Shown here in pieces: positions 18,107 to 27,016 of a stretch of DNA of 64,000 nt. The stretch comes from an uncultured Bacteroidales bacterium (lineage in GTDB: Bacteria; Bacteroidota; Bacteroidia; Bacteroidales; VadinHA17). The DNA lies in assembly GCA_963732115.1 (NCBI GenBank), contig CAVSYN010000034.1, forward strand, positions 362,354 through 426,353. The letters are read 5' to 3'. The notes beneath the pieces were generated by a model. That model was not told where the DNA came from and made no database searches. It saw only the letters and a program-made list of their open reading frames with translations. How positions within the stretch are numbered: position 1 is the first letter of the stretch; each line of letters begins with the position of its first letter. The position numbers and the translations under genes were made by a program.

Positions 18107-20428
18107 TTAAAATTTAAAATTATAAGTTATTGAAGGGACTATTTGAAATAGAGAATATCGAACTGCTTCTGTTTTTGAAGGATCATTTTCACTTTCTCTG
18201 AAACTAATTGAGTAGGTGTTTTTACGGGCATAAGCATTGTAAACTGAAAAGTTCCAGCTCGATTCGAATTTTTCCCGCTTTTTATTCGTAAGGGTTACTC
18301 CTAAATCGAGGCGATGGTAATCAGGCATACGATAGCCATTTCTGTTTGTATATGCAGGAACTGTAACTCCATCAATTACATACTTTCCACCTGGAAAAGT
18401 AACTGCATTTCCGGTGTTGTAAACCCAATTTGCAGACACTTTCAATTTATCATTAAAATCATACATCAAAACAATTGACACATCGTGGGTTCTGTCATGT
18501 TTTACAGGATACCATGCACCATCATCAATTTCATTAATGGATCGTTCAGTTCTTGAAAGGGTATATCCAATCCAGCCCGTTAAATCCCCGGTCCTCTTTT
18601 TAATAAAAAGTTCTGTTCCATAAGCTCTGCCCTTTCCGAAAACCAGCTGAGATTCAACATGTTTGTTAAGTATTATATTTGCACCGTTTTGATAGTCGAT
18701 TTGATTTTGGAAGTTTTTATAATATACCTCTATTGAAGTTTCAAACATATTGTCTTTGAAATTCTTAAAAAATCCCAATGCAATCTGGTCGGCAATTTGT
18801 GGTTTTACAATTGTACTGCTTGATATCCATATATCAGTTGGGAAGGCAACCGATGAATTTGACAGAAGATGCATATATTGAGCATTTCTTGCATAAGACA
18901 TTTTAACAGACATTTTTTTATTAATAATGTAGTTTAATGTCATTCTAGGTTCTAAAGTGCCATAATTTTGAATTATATCTCCTTTGTTGTATGAGATTGA
19001 GTTAGTTATTTCGTCATTTTTATTATAGGTATAAATTGTATCCGGACCAATGACAGCACAATTTGAATATCGCAAACCGTAATTTAATATTAACCTGTCT
19101 GATATGTCAAACTTATGTGATATGTAAATAGCACTTTCAACAGCATGTTTCTTATCAAGGATTTTTGAGTTAAAAAAATCTTCGTTTTCTGAGTTTAACT
19201 CACCAGGACGAAATGTATGGTATATCGAATTAAATCCAAATTTAAGTGTGTTTTTTGTGTTGATATAGTATTGAAAATCTTCTTTTAAGTTGTAATCTTT
19301 TATTCCTGAAGTAACCTCGAGCGATTCCCCGACATTATAACCAATCCCATAATTATAATCGCTGTATATGAGGGAACTGTTTAGAAAAAGTTTATTACCG
19401 AAAATATGATTCCACCTTAAAGTTGCAGTTTTATTTCCCCAACTAAAACCCACTAAATCGGATAATTTGAAAATATCCCTGCCAAAATATCCCGAAAGAA
19501 ATATCCTGTTATTATTATTGATTTTAAAATTCGCTTTTGTGTTAAAATCATAGAAATAGAGTTTTGTACTTTTAGCCGCAGGATCCTTCCATAAGGGTAG
19601 AAATATATCAGCATAAGTTCTTCTGCCTGAAATAATGAATGAGCCTTTATCTTTAACCAGAGGAGCTTCTAAAGTGAGTCGGGAGGCTATTAAGCCTATG
19701 CCACCTGAAGCAGAAACCTTTTTTGAATTTCCTTCTTTCATTTGAATATCCAATACGGATGATAAACGTCCGCCATAATTTGCCGGTGCATTGCCTTTAT
19801 AAAATTCCATGTCTTTTACTGCATCTGAGTTGAATACTGAGAAAAAACCCAGTAAATGTGAAGAACTGTAAACCGGGGCTTCATCCAGAATTATCAGGTT
19901 TTGATCGGCACTCCCACCCCTTACATAAAAACCGCAATTCCCTTCACCAGCTGAATTTACCCCGGGCAAAAGTTGAATAGTTTTTAAAATATCCTGCTCA
20001 CCAAATATCACTGGAACAGATACTACATCTTTTGGAGATATTTTTACAACGCTCATTTCCGGAGCTTTAATATTCTTATTGGAAGCCTCGCTTACTATTA
20101 CAACTTCAGCTATTTCTACAGATGCCTGCTGTAACTCAACATTGTTACTGATATTACCGGTTAATTCAATGTCATCGGTTTTACTAATATTACCCATGTA
20201 TGAATATTGAACTGAATGTTTCCCTTCGGGTAAGGTAATTGAGTAGAAACCATATGCATTTGCCACCGCACCTTTATACAATTCTTTTACAAGTACTGTA
20301 GCCCCGATTAGCGCTTCACCAGTTTCGGAACTTCTTATGTATCCGCTGATAGTATATTTCTGCTGTGCCATTCCTTCATATGCTATAATAAGCAGTATCA
20401 GCAGCAAGAATAATCGTCTCTTTTTCAT
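18107..20428 (-). CDS. TonB-dependent receptor with N-terminal carboxypeptidase-regulatory-like domain
   Basis: 773-aa ORF with a signal peptide. It has YTISGYIRSSETGEALIGATVLVKE (CarboxypepD_reg), a plug region, long amphipathic beta segments and a C-terminal ..SITYNFKF ending in Phe. Confidence 0.9.
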   Translation of the reverse strand: MKKRRLFLLLILLIIAYEGMAQQKYTISGYIRSSETGEALIGATVLVKELYKGAVANAYGFYSITLPEGKHSVQYSYMGNISKTDDIELTGNISNNVELQQASVEIAEVVIVSEASNKNIKAPEMSVVKISPKDVVSVPVIFGEQDILKTIQLLPGVNSAGEGNCGFYVRGGSADQNLIILDEAPVYSSSHLLGFFSVFNSDAVKDMEFYKGNAPANYGGRLSSVLDIQMKEGNSKKVSASGGIGLIASRLTLEAPLVKDKGSFIISGRRTYADIFLPLWKDPAAKSTKLYFYDFNTKANFKINNNNRIFLSGYFGRDIFKLSDLVGFSWGNKTATLRWNHIFGNKLFLNSSLIYSDYNYGIGYNVGESLEVTSGIKDYNLKEDFQYYINTKNTLKFGFNSIYHTFRPGELNSENEDFFNSKILDKKHAVESAIYISHKFDISDRLILNYGLRYSNCAVIGPDTIYTYNKNDEITNSISYNKGDIIQNYGTLEPRMTLNYIINKKMSVKMSYARNAQYMHLLSNSSVAFPTDIWISSSTIVKPQIADQIALGFFKNFKDNMFETSIEVYYKNFQNQIDYQNGANIILNKHVESQLVFGKGRAYGTELFIKKRTGDLTGWIGYTLSRTERSINEIDDGAWYPVKHDRTHDVSIVLMYDFNDKLKVSANWVYNTGNAVTFPGGKYVIDGVTVPAYTNRNGYRMPDYHRLDLGVTLTNKKREKFESSWNFSVYNAYARKNTYSISFRESENDPSKTEAVRYSLFQIVPSITYNFKF

Positions 20429-20480
20429 AATTTTAAATATTTTGATTTATTTAATACTTACTTATTATGTTCGTCCTCTC

Positions 20481-20545
20481 CAGAATTTACTGAAATGAGT
20501 TCCAGGTTTAAATCCATTATCCGGTTTATAATTCCTATGCAAAAA
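20481..20545 (-). pseudogene. internally deleted remnant of the conserved small-protein gene (module copy 3)
   Basis: About 60 nt are homologous to the 3' end of the small ORFs (..TTCCAGGTTTAAATCCATTATCCGG.. versus ..TTTCAGGTTTAAATCCCTTATTTGA.. at 14987-15011). This is fused directly to the conserved leader sequence (..CCTATGCAAAAATTGGGCACATCCATCAAT.. versus copy 1 ..CTTATGCAAATGTCAGGTACCCCCATCAAG..). Confidence 0.65.
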
Positions 20546-20562
20546 TTGGGCACATCCATCAA

Positions 20563-20588
20563 TAAAAAATCACCCTTGAGGGTGATTC
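20563..20588 (-). terminator. hairpin + U-run (conserved leader, copy 3)
   Basis: The minus strand reads AATCACCC-TCAA-GGGTGATTTTTT, about 55 nt after the stop of the regulator 20645-23332. Confidence 0.6.
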
Positions 20589-20644
20589 GAAAGAGTGATT
20601 TTTATAAAATAAATTAATCCGGGGACAGAAATAAGGAAGAGAAG

Positions 20645-23332
20645 TTAAATTATACCAAGCTCTTTTGCTTTGGTTAAAGCATGTGTCCGGGAATCAACTT
20701 CTAATTTCAGAAAAATATTTTTAACATGCGTTTTAACTGTGTTTAATGAAATAAACAATTTATCGGCTATTTCCTGGTTAGTTAAATCTTCGGCAATAAG
20801 TTTTAGTGCATCAAGTTCACGTGCGCTTAACCCTGCTTTAAAACTTATTTTGTTAAGTTTATCTCTTTTTTCAATAGCGAGCTTAAGTTTATCAGTTAAC
20901 TCCTTAGGAATATTCGTTTTTGTAGTTGCCTGTATTTTGAATATTTCTTTGAGCAAATCATGTATTTTATCATGATATTTTATAAAGGCCATAAGTATGT
21001 TCTCATTAGCAGCATATTCCAATGATTCAATGAGAGTTTCAATGGCTTTTTCTTTATTACCTGTTTCCTTATACAAAATGGCATATACTATTTTCACTTC
21101 AATCAATGCCTCAATCCTGTTTGCTACTTGTTCCATTGTTTGTAATTCGGAAAGAATATTTTCTGCATCTTTAAATTTTAATTCCGTTATCAGTAATAAT
21201 ACAAATGAAAAGTAACCACGATCGTCTAAATATGAAATATTTTTATGGACGCCGAGCCCATTTTCCATAAATAAATGACTAGCTTTTTCAAGTTCATGCT
21301 GTTCAATAAGCATTTTCCCTTTCATGGCAATATAAAGAGCCATGGCAGCTGGAGATATTTTATTTTGTTTTATAATATCTTCTATTTCATTTTTCAACTT
21401 TATAATTCCGGCATTATCCCCACGTCCGAATAAAATAAGCCAATAAACCAATAACATCACAACTTTATACGAATTGTTAGAATCATTTCTGCTTAAATTA
21501 TACGCTATTTTTATGTTTTCGTAAGCTTCCTCAAAATCTAATCGCATACAGTCAATACCAGCCATTAGCGAATATAGCCCGGCATAGGTGGGTTCCGATT
21601 TTGAAATTTGCGAATAGCCACTTTCTTTCATGAACGTTATCAGGTCAGAACATTTCTTGTAAGCAGAAGTATAAAGCCCCATACGCACTTCAAGGGAAGC
21701 TAAATTATAAGCAATGGTAGATATAAGATAGATGTTTCCCGATTTTTTGCCATATGCCAGCGCTTTTTCATAAGCCGCAATACTTTCATTAAAATGTCCA
21801 CCAACTATTTCTGCAATTCCAATGGAGTACCATCCCCAGCTATACCACAATGGATCATCTTCTGAAAGGTTTTCCATAGCTGTTTTACAATAATCAAAAG
21901 TTTTTTCTGAATCTGCTGTTATTGAATAGAGGTATGCAAATGCAACAGATATTTTTCCCAACAGTTTCTTATTATACTGAATATCTTCTTTTGATGAATT
22001 TTTATCATTAATTATCTTCTTTGTAATTTTTTCTGCACTTACCAAAAAAGGTTCAGCTTTCTGAATCTGACCGGCTATAATCAATATCCATGCATAGTAT
22101 AAACAAAAATCTGCATTCTTTTTAATTAATTCATCAGGCAGTAAATCACCATATTTCATAATAGCAGCATGCTGTCCGTTTTTCCACATAGTCTCTACTA
22201 TTTCTCCAAGAAGCTGTATGCTTTTTTCGAAATTTTCTGTCTCTATTGCATGTTCAATTGCTAATAATGGCATCGAATTATTATTAAACCACTCACTTGC
22301 TTTATTATGAAGTTCAATAATGGTTGCTTTTTCTCTTAAATGAAGTCTCTGTTTTAATAACTCCGCAAAGAGGTGATGATATCTGTACCAGGTCCTTTCC
22401 GTATCTAAAGGAATAACAAACATGTTATTTTTTTCCAGCGTCTCAAGAATTAACTGGCTGTCATTTCTGTTCAAAACAGCGTTGCATAAAGGAGCAGACA
22501 TTTGCTCCAGTATTGATGTTTGCAGTAAAAATTCCTTGATGTCATCTGTTTGGATCTTTAGCACCTCCTCCATCAGATAATCCATGATGTAGCGGTTATC
22601 TCCTTTTAAGTCCTGAATAAATCCGGAAATATCTTCACGGCCCTGCATTGACAAAGCTGTTAGCTGCAGACCTGCAATCCAGCCTTCGGTTTTTGTTTCA
22701 AGAGAATAAACATCGTCAATAGATAAGCCTAATTTCAGCTTTTTATTGAACAATATGGAAATATCATTTGCCGAAAAACTAAGGTCTGATGAACGTAACT
22801 CAACCAATTGATGCTGACTTCTTAACCTTGAAACAGATAGTGCCGGGTCAGAACGGGTCAGGATTACAATATGGATATTACCGGGAATATGCTCTAATAA
22901 ATAGGTTACTAATTTTAATACCTCGTTACTCTTGATCAAATGAAAATCGTCGAGTACTAATAAAAAGTTTTGATTGATATTGAGTATTTCGTTGATTAAC
23001 AGGCTGGCAATTGATTCGACGGATGGTTTATTGGGTGAATTTAACAGTTTGAGGGCGCTTTGTCCGAATTCTTTATGAATACTTTGAATTCCTGAAATTA
23101 TATAGCTTAAAAAATCTACCGGGTCATTATCCCCATTGTCGAGTGAAAACCATGCTGCAGGGATCTTGTTTTGATCAATCCAGTCACTCACAACTGTTGT
23201 TTTACCAAATCCGGCAGGAGCAGAAATAAGAATTAGCTTTCGGCTTAACCCTGTGTTCAATTTCTCATAAAGTTCTGATCGATGAACTATATTATTTCCG
23301 GCAGGAGGAATATGTAGTTTTGTTAAAAGCAT
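20645..23332 (-). CDS. MalT-like LuxR-family transcriptional regulator (STAND NTPase + TPR-like sensor + C-terminal LuxR/GerE HTH), intact
   Basis: 895-aa ORF. The N-terminus MLLTKLHIPPAGNNIVHRSELYEKLNTGLSRKLILISAPAGFGKTT resembles MalT (Walker A). A long helical-repeat middle follows. The C-terminus is ..LSARELDALKLIAEDLTNQEIADKLFISLNTVKTHVKNIFLKL... Confidence 0.9.
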   Translation of the reverse strand: MLLTKLHIPPAGNNIVHRSELYEKLNTGLSRKLILISAPAGFGKTTVVSDWIDQNKIPAAWFSLDNGDNDPVDFLSYIISGIQSIHKEFGQSALKLLNSPNKPSVESIASLLINEILNINQNFLLVLDDFHLIKSNEVLKLVTYLLEHIPGNIHIVILTRSDPALSVSRLRSQHQLVELRSSDLSFSANDISILFNKKLKLGLSIDDVYSLETKTEGWIAGLQLTALSMQGREDISGFIQDLKGDNRYIMDYLMEEVLKIQTDDIKEFLLQTSILEQMSAPLCNAVLNRNDSQLILETLEKNNMFVIPLDTERTWYRYHHLFAELLKQRLHLREKATIIELHNKASEWFNNNSMPLLAIEHAIETENFEKSIQLLGEIVETMWKNGQHAAIMKYGDLLPDELIKKNADFCLYYAWILIIAGQIQKAEPFLVSAEKITKKIINDKNSSKEDIQYNKKLLGKISVAFAYLYSITADSEKTFDYCKTAMENLSEDDPLWYSWGWYSIGIAEIVGGHFNESIAAYEKALAYGKKSGNIYLISTIAYNLASLEVRMGLYTSAYKKCSDLITFMKESGYSQISKSEPTYAGLYSLMAGIDCMRLDFEEAYENIKIAYNLSRNDSNNSYKVVMLLVYWLILFGRGDNAGIIKLKNEIEDIIKQNKISPAAMALYIAMKGKMLIEQHELEKASHLFMENGLGVHKNISYLDDRGYFSFVLLLITELKFKDAENILSELQTMEQVANRIEALIEVKIVYAILYKETGNKEKAIETLIESLEYAANENILMAFIKYHDKIHDLLKEIFKIQATTKTNIPKELTDKLKLAIEKRDKLNKISFKAGLSARELDALKLIAEDLTNQEIADKLFISLNTVKTHVKNIFLKLEVDSRTHALTKAKELGII

Positions 23333-23496
23333 ATGTGCAAATTAACAAATATTTTGATCATAATATTATTTTTCGTAATGAAAATCAGCAGTTTGCAGTT
23401 ATGTACAGGAGATGGGGGGATTGTCGGCTTCCTTATAATTCGATCTAATCAAAATTAAAGTTATATCGACCTATTTATGCTAAAAATCTCATTTAG

Positions 23497-23770
23497 CTGG
23501 TTGCAACTTTTGTCCGCCTGCCTGACAGGCAGTGTAGGTTCGGGGTACCAAAAAAGAGCGAGAGCGAACACGATCGCTCTTTTTGTCCTGCGGTCCTGCA
23601 GTTTTTCGGTCGTGCGGTCTCAAAACTTCTGACTTCTGACTTCGGTCTTCGGTCTTTTCCAGCAACTTTCCCTTTCTCCAAATTGAGTCTTCCGGCAAAG
23701 ATGCAACCAGGAATCTTCTTTTTTGTTGACAAGTCTGACCTCCTGGAAAATTCCACTAATTTCTCATACG
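23497..23770. repeat. composite intergenic repeat: type B core + bidirectional hairpin + heptamer tract + type A element
   Basis: The components are as follows.
- 23497-23545: CTGGTTGCAACTTTTGTCCGCCTGCCTGACAGGCAGTGTAGGTTCGGGGTACC, the type B core also found at 26546.
- 23546-23582: AAAAAGAGCGA-N12-TCGCTCTTTTT hairpin.
- 23625-23659: five heptamers (ACTTCTG x2, ACTTCGG, TCTTCGG, TCTTTTC).
- 23655-23770: homologous to 3417-3530.
The track ORFs 23489-23698 and 23493-23780 are artefacts of this sequence. Confidence 0.7.
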
Positions 23771-23792
23771 ATGATTCCAAAGCCTAATATCA

Positions 23793-26199
23793 TTAATAAA
23801 TCAGTACTTTAATATCCTGGCCATTCAACATTAACCTGTTTTGGGCAATGGTTTCAGGTTCTATTTCCTTATTATTAACAATTACCTTTTTCGAATTCTT
23901 AACATCAACAATAACTGTCCAGTCAGCCAGTGTTTGTCTGATAGAATATTCTTTGTGATCACTTTTCTGACTTATAGCCAGGCTAAACAAATTGTCACCT
24001 ACCCTTACATTATCAATCGATGCATCTTTCCAATCTAAGGGCATACAAGGTGAAATGTATATCGATTTTTCGTAAGCCTTTGGTTTAATTCCGAAAAAAT
24101 GGTTGATAACAGGTACATCCACACCATAACCGTTCCATGCCTGGACCATCATTCCAAAGTCTGGAGATACTTCATACATTGACCCGGGTAAAGCGTAGCT
24201 GAAAGAGCGACAGAGCATGTTAATATAGTGCAATACATCTTCCGGCTTACCATAATTTGCTGCAGCAACTGCCTGCACGCCAGTTGGTATTGTCATTACT
24301 GCCCCGATATATGAAAATGTTTTTCCCCTTGATTTCAGCACTACACTATCCGGTTCCTCAGTTCTGTCAATACCTGTTACATAAACGCCGTAAGGGTTTT
24401 CATACTTTTTAGCGGTTTCAAGTGCTGCCTTACCTTTATCAAAATCTGCAACATCTGTTTCGAGGGGTGTATTAACTACCCAGTTACGGTATATTACAAA
24501 GGGAATCTGCTGAATAGCCGTATATTTACTAAGTTGTTTTTCGGTCTCCTTCAATTCAGCAATGACCAATGGCTTTCTAAGTGTATCAGCTCTTATTATA
24601 GCACCTTTTAGTATCGGTTTTGCTTCTGCCACAGTTCCCCTGAAATCACCGAATGACCGGACAGTTTCATTCCACCATTCTTTATTGATCTTTTCTTTCA
24701 GATCATCAGCTGACTTCTGATAATCTGTTGCTAATTTATTCTCTCCCACTGCCATGGCTAATTCCGCCGCTGACGAAAATGCCTGTTGTGTGTAAACAGC
24801 CACATCTATCATTTCTTTGTCTAATCCAGGAATCTCCATCAGTCCATTTCCATCAGGGTATCCGTTACCATCAGTATCGTTATCCAGTAACCATTTAATT
24901 CCTTTGCTAACTTCAGGGAATAATTTTGTTATAAGTTCTTTATCTCCTGTCCATGCAAAATAATTTCTCAGGAGAGTAATAAAAAGTGCTGTTTCACTCA
25001 GGAGACCGGGATTATAAACTGATCCGTTCGTAGAAACTTCATGAATGATTCGTCCATTTCCATTCGTTTGTTCCGATACCTTTTCCAATAAAATAATTGT
25101 GTTTTTTGCCAGCTCATGATCCCCTGTTGCCAAAACTCCCTGCAAAGAATAAACAGCATCTCCTCCAAACCACCACGGATAATCAGGTAAGCCTGCCGAT
25201 AGACCGATACCTATCTCCGGAACATTACGAACAAGCCAATCGGTATTATACTTTAACCACTCGTACATTTGCTCAATACCTTTATCAGGGATAGTGAGAT
25301 GTGAAGTGCTGTTAATTTTTTTATATCGTTCTATTTTCCGGGTTAGTTTAGCTTTCCCTTCTGTCTTTAATACCTGATAATTTGACCAAAGTGATGCTTC
25401 TGACTGATAGGAGCCTGCAATGAAAAAATGGAATTACCTTTTCCTGGTTTGGCTTTAACTTAAGTGAAAATGATAATGTGGCGTTCTTGCCCAAACCTTT
25501 TCTGGTCGTTGATTGACAATTAATTGCTTCTTCAGAAAAATGATCTGCTGTTAATGATGATCCAAAGGCAACATACCAGGGGTTGTTATTATCTTTTGCT
25601 ATTACTGCCGATAACTTATCATTAAAAGAAATATCGTCAGCGGCGTCAATCATGTTCGTTCGCTCCCCTAACCATGTAGGCCGCAGGTCTGTCATACCTG
25701 TAAAGGAAAAGACTATTTCTTTGCTTTCCTTTCCCTGGTTGATGATTCTGAATTCTATGATGGCTCCTTCAACTGCATCAGGAACAAATTGAAAACGTTC
25801 GATCGCTAAGTTTTCTTTCTCCCATGTAAAATGATGACTATTGGCCATTGGATAGTTGATGAACTTATCTGCCTTATTCAGACAATAAGAATCATTACTG
25901 CCTTGTATGGTGATTTGTGCACTGAACCCGTCCATGAGTTTAATAGGATGATCCCAGATTCCGCCCATCTCGCCATCAATATGCCAGCCCAGGTCAGGAA
26001 AGGATCCGTCCTGATAGCCAACCATATACACCCTATCGCCAGCTGTTACAAAAGGAGACGTCAGGTACTGGGTTTTCCCTTCTATATAAGGCAGCCCGGA
26101 AGTTTGTTGATAAAAGTTGCTTCCTGTCTGTTTTTCCCCGGTGGAACAATAAGCTAGCAGAAGCAGAAGGAGCATGGATAGCAGGGTTATTTTCTTCAT
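23793..26199 (-). pseudogene. secreted six-hairpin glycoside hydrolase-like protein (glycogen-debranching-enzyme-like family), one homopolymer frameshift
   Basis: The N-terminal ORF 25348-26199 (lipobox MKKITLLSMLLLLLLAYCS) and the C-terminal ORF 23793-25268 join if one base is removed from the A6/T6 run at ~25423-25428. The corrected reading is ..VIPFFIAGSYQSEASLWSNYQVLKTEGKAKLTRKIERYKKINSTSHLTIPDKGIEQMYEWLKYNTDW... The exact GH family is not determinable by eye. Confidence 0.65.
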
Positions 26200-26545
26200 G
26201 TTACTATATTAACTGTTTTTAATGACTTCCCTATCGGATAATTCATTCAACACTCACAAAATAAAGCAATTATCAAATATAGAACTTTTTCTATGAACAA
26301 ATTAAATTCTCATTCACTCACATCAATCAGGATATAGCAGATGGAGTATACATTTACTAAATATATGTTGGAACATTGTTGTTGTAAAAGATGAATTTTT
26401 ATCGGGTGATACTCCCTATATGGTGAATTAAATGCTACCACTTATCCTCAGATTCACTTGCACTCTTAAAAGTAAATTAAGTACTTCATTTGTAGTAGTG
26501 TAAATATTGAAGTTTATATTTATTCAACATCTCTAGGCCTTTTGT

Positions 26546-26640
26546 CTGGTTGCAACTTTTGTCCGCCTGCCTGCCTACACTGCCGGCAGGCTGGTTCGGG
26601 GTACAAATATAAACCGACAAACTTGTCGGTTTATTTATTT
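26546..26640 (+). ncRNA. candidate small RNA / type B repeat with its own terminator
   Basis: It comprises four parts in order. The core is CTGGTTGCAACTTTTGTCCGCC. A hairpin GCCTGCC..GGCAGGC follows. Then comes the conserved GGTTCGGGGTAC. Last is the terminator AAACCGACAA-ACTT-GTCGGTTTATTTATTT. No CDS lies upstream on this strand. The same architecture, with an unrelated terminator stem, occurs at 23497-23582. Confidence 0.3.
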
Positions 26641-27016
26641 GTATATCAATCAATTACTTCCAAGCTTGGTTTAATACTTCTCGTTCTTGTGAGTTATGAC
26701 AAAAAATTATTTCCCAACTTATTCTACTTCATTAGGCGATTTAAGGAATGTTTTTAATGCGAATCGTTGTGCGAATCAAAAAACATTAACCTCCTGTGGC
26801 TTCTTTCCATTTGATACGACACTTAACCAGCCCTCGGATCAACTCCAGGCGCTTTTTGTTTTTTGCATACCTGATTCTTGGGAATTGAAGAAATAAATTT
26901 GTTTCTGGACCCGGAGGTTTTTAATTTTGGAATAAACACATACGGCACGAGTATTTTGCTTAGTTTGCAGCGAGTGCCGAAGCCCCGTTAAAAAATGCAG
27001 TTTTTATATCCGTGCA

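Noticed and set aside
20645-23332. STAND NTPase as an Avs-like antiphage sensor
   Set aside because: The N-terminus aligns by eye with MalT. The C-terminal effector is a LuxR/GerE HTH and not a nuclease, protease or other toxic domain. A transcription regulator is the better reading.
23530-23545. GGTTCGGGGTACC as a tRNA T-arm or tRNA-like gene
   Set aside because: There is no acceptor stem, D-arm or anticodon arm around it. The flanks form simple hairpins instead.
23489-23780. Track ORFs 23489-23698 and 23493-23780 (and 26542-26757, 26696-26896, 3267-3467, 34636-34821) as small proteins
   Set aside because: They run through repeat, hairpin and heptamer sequence. Homologous copies differ by indels that break the frames, and the translations are low-complexity.
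26944-26959. Sigma-54-like -24/-12 promoter (CGGCACGAGTATTTTGCT) upstream of the intact FtsX permease gene
   Set aside because: The GG and GC elements are separated by 12 nt instead of the canonical 10, and the T before GG is missing. It also forms part of an inverted repeat (CGGCAC..GTGCCG). This is not enough to call a promoter.
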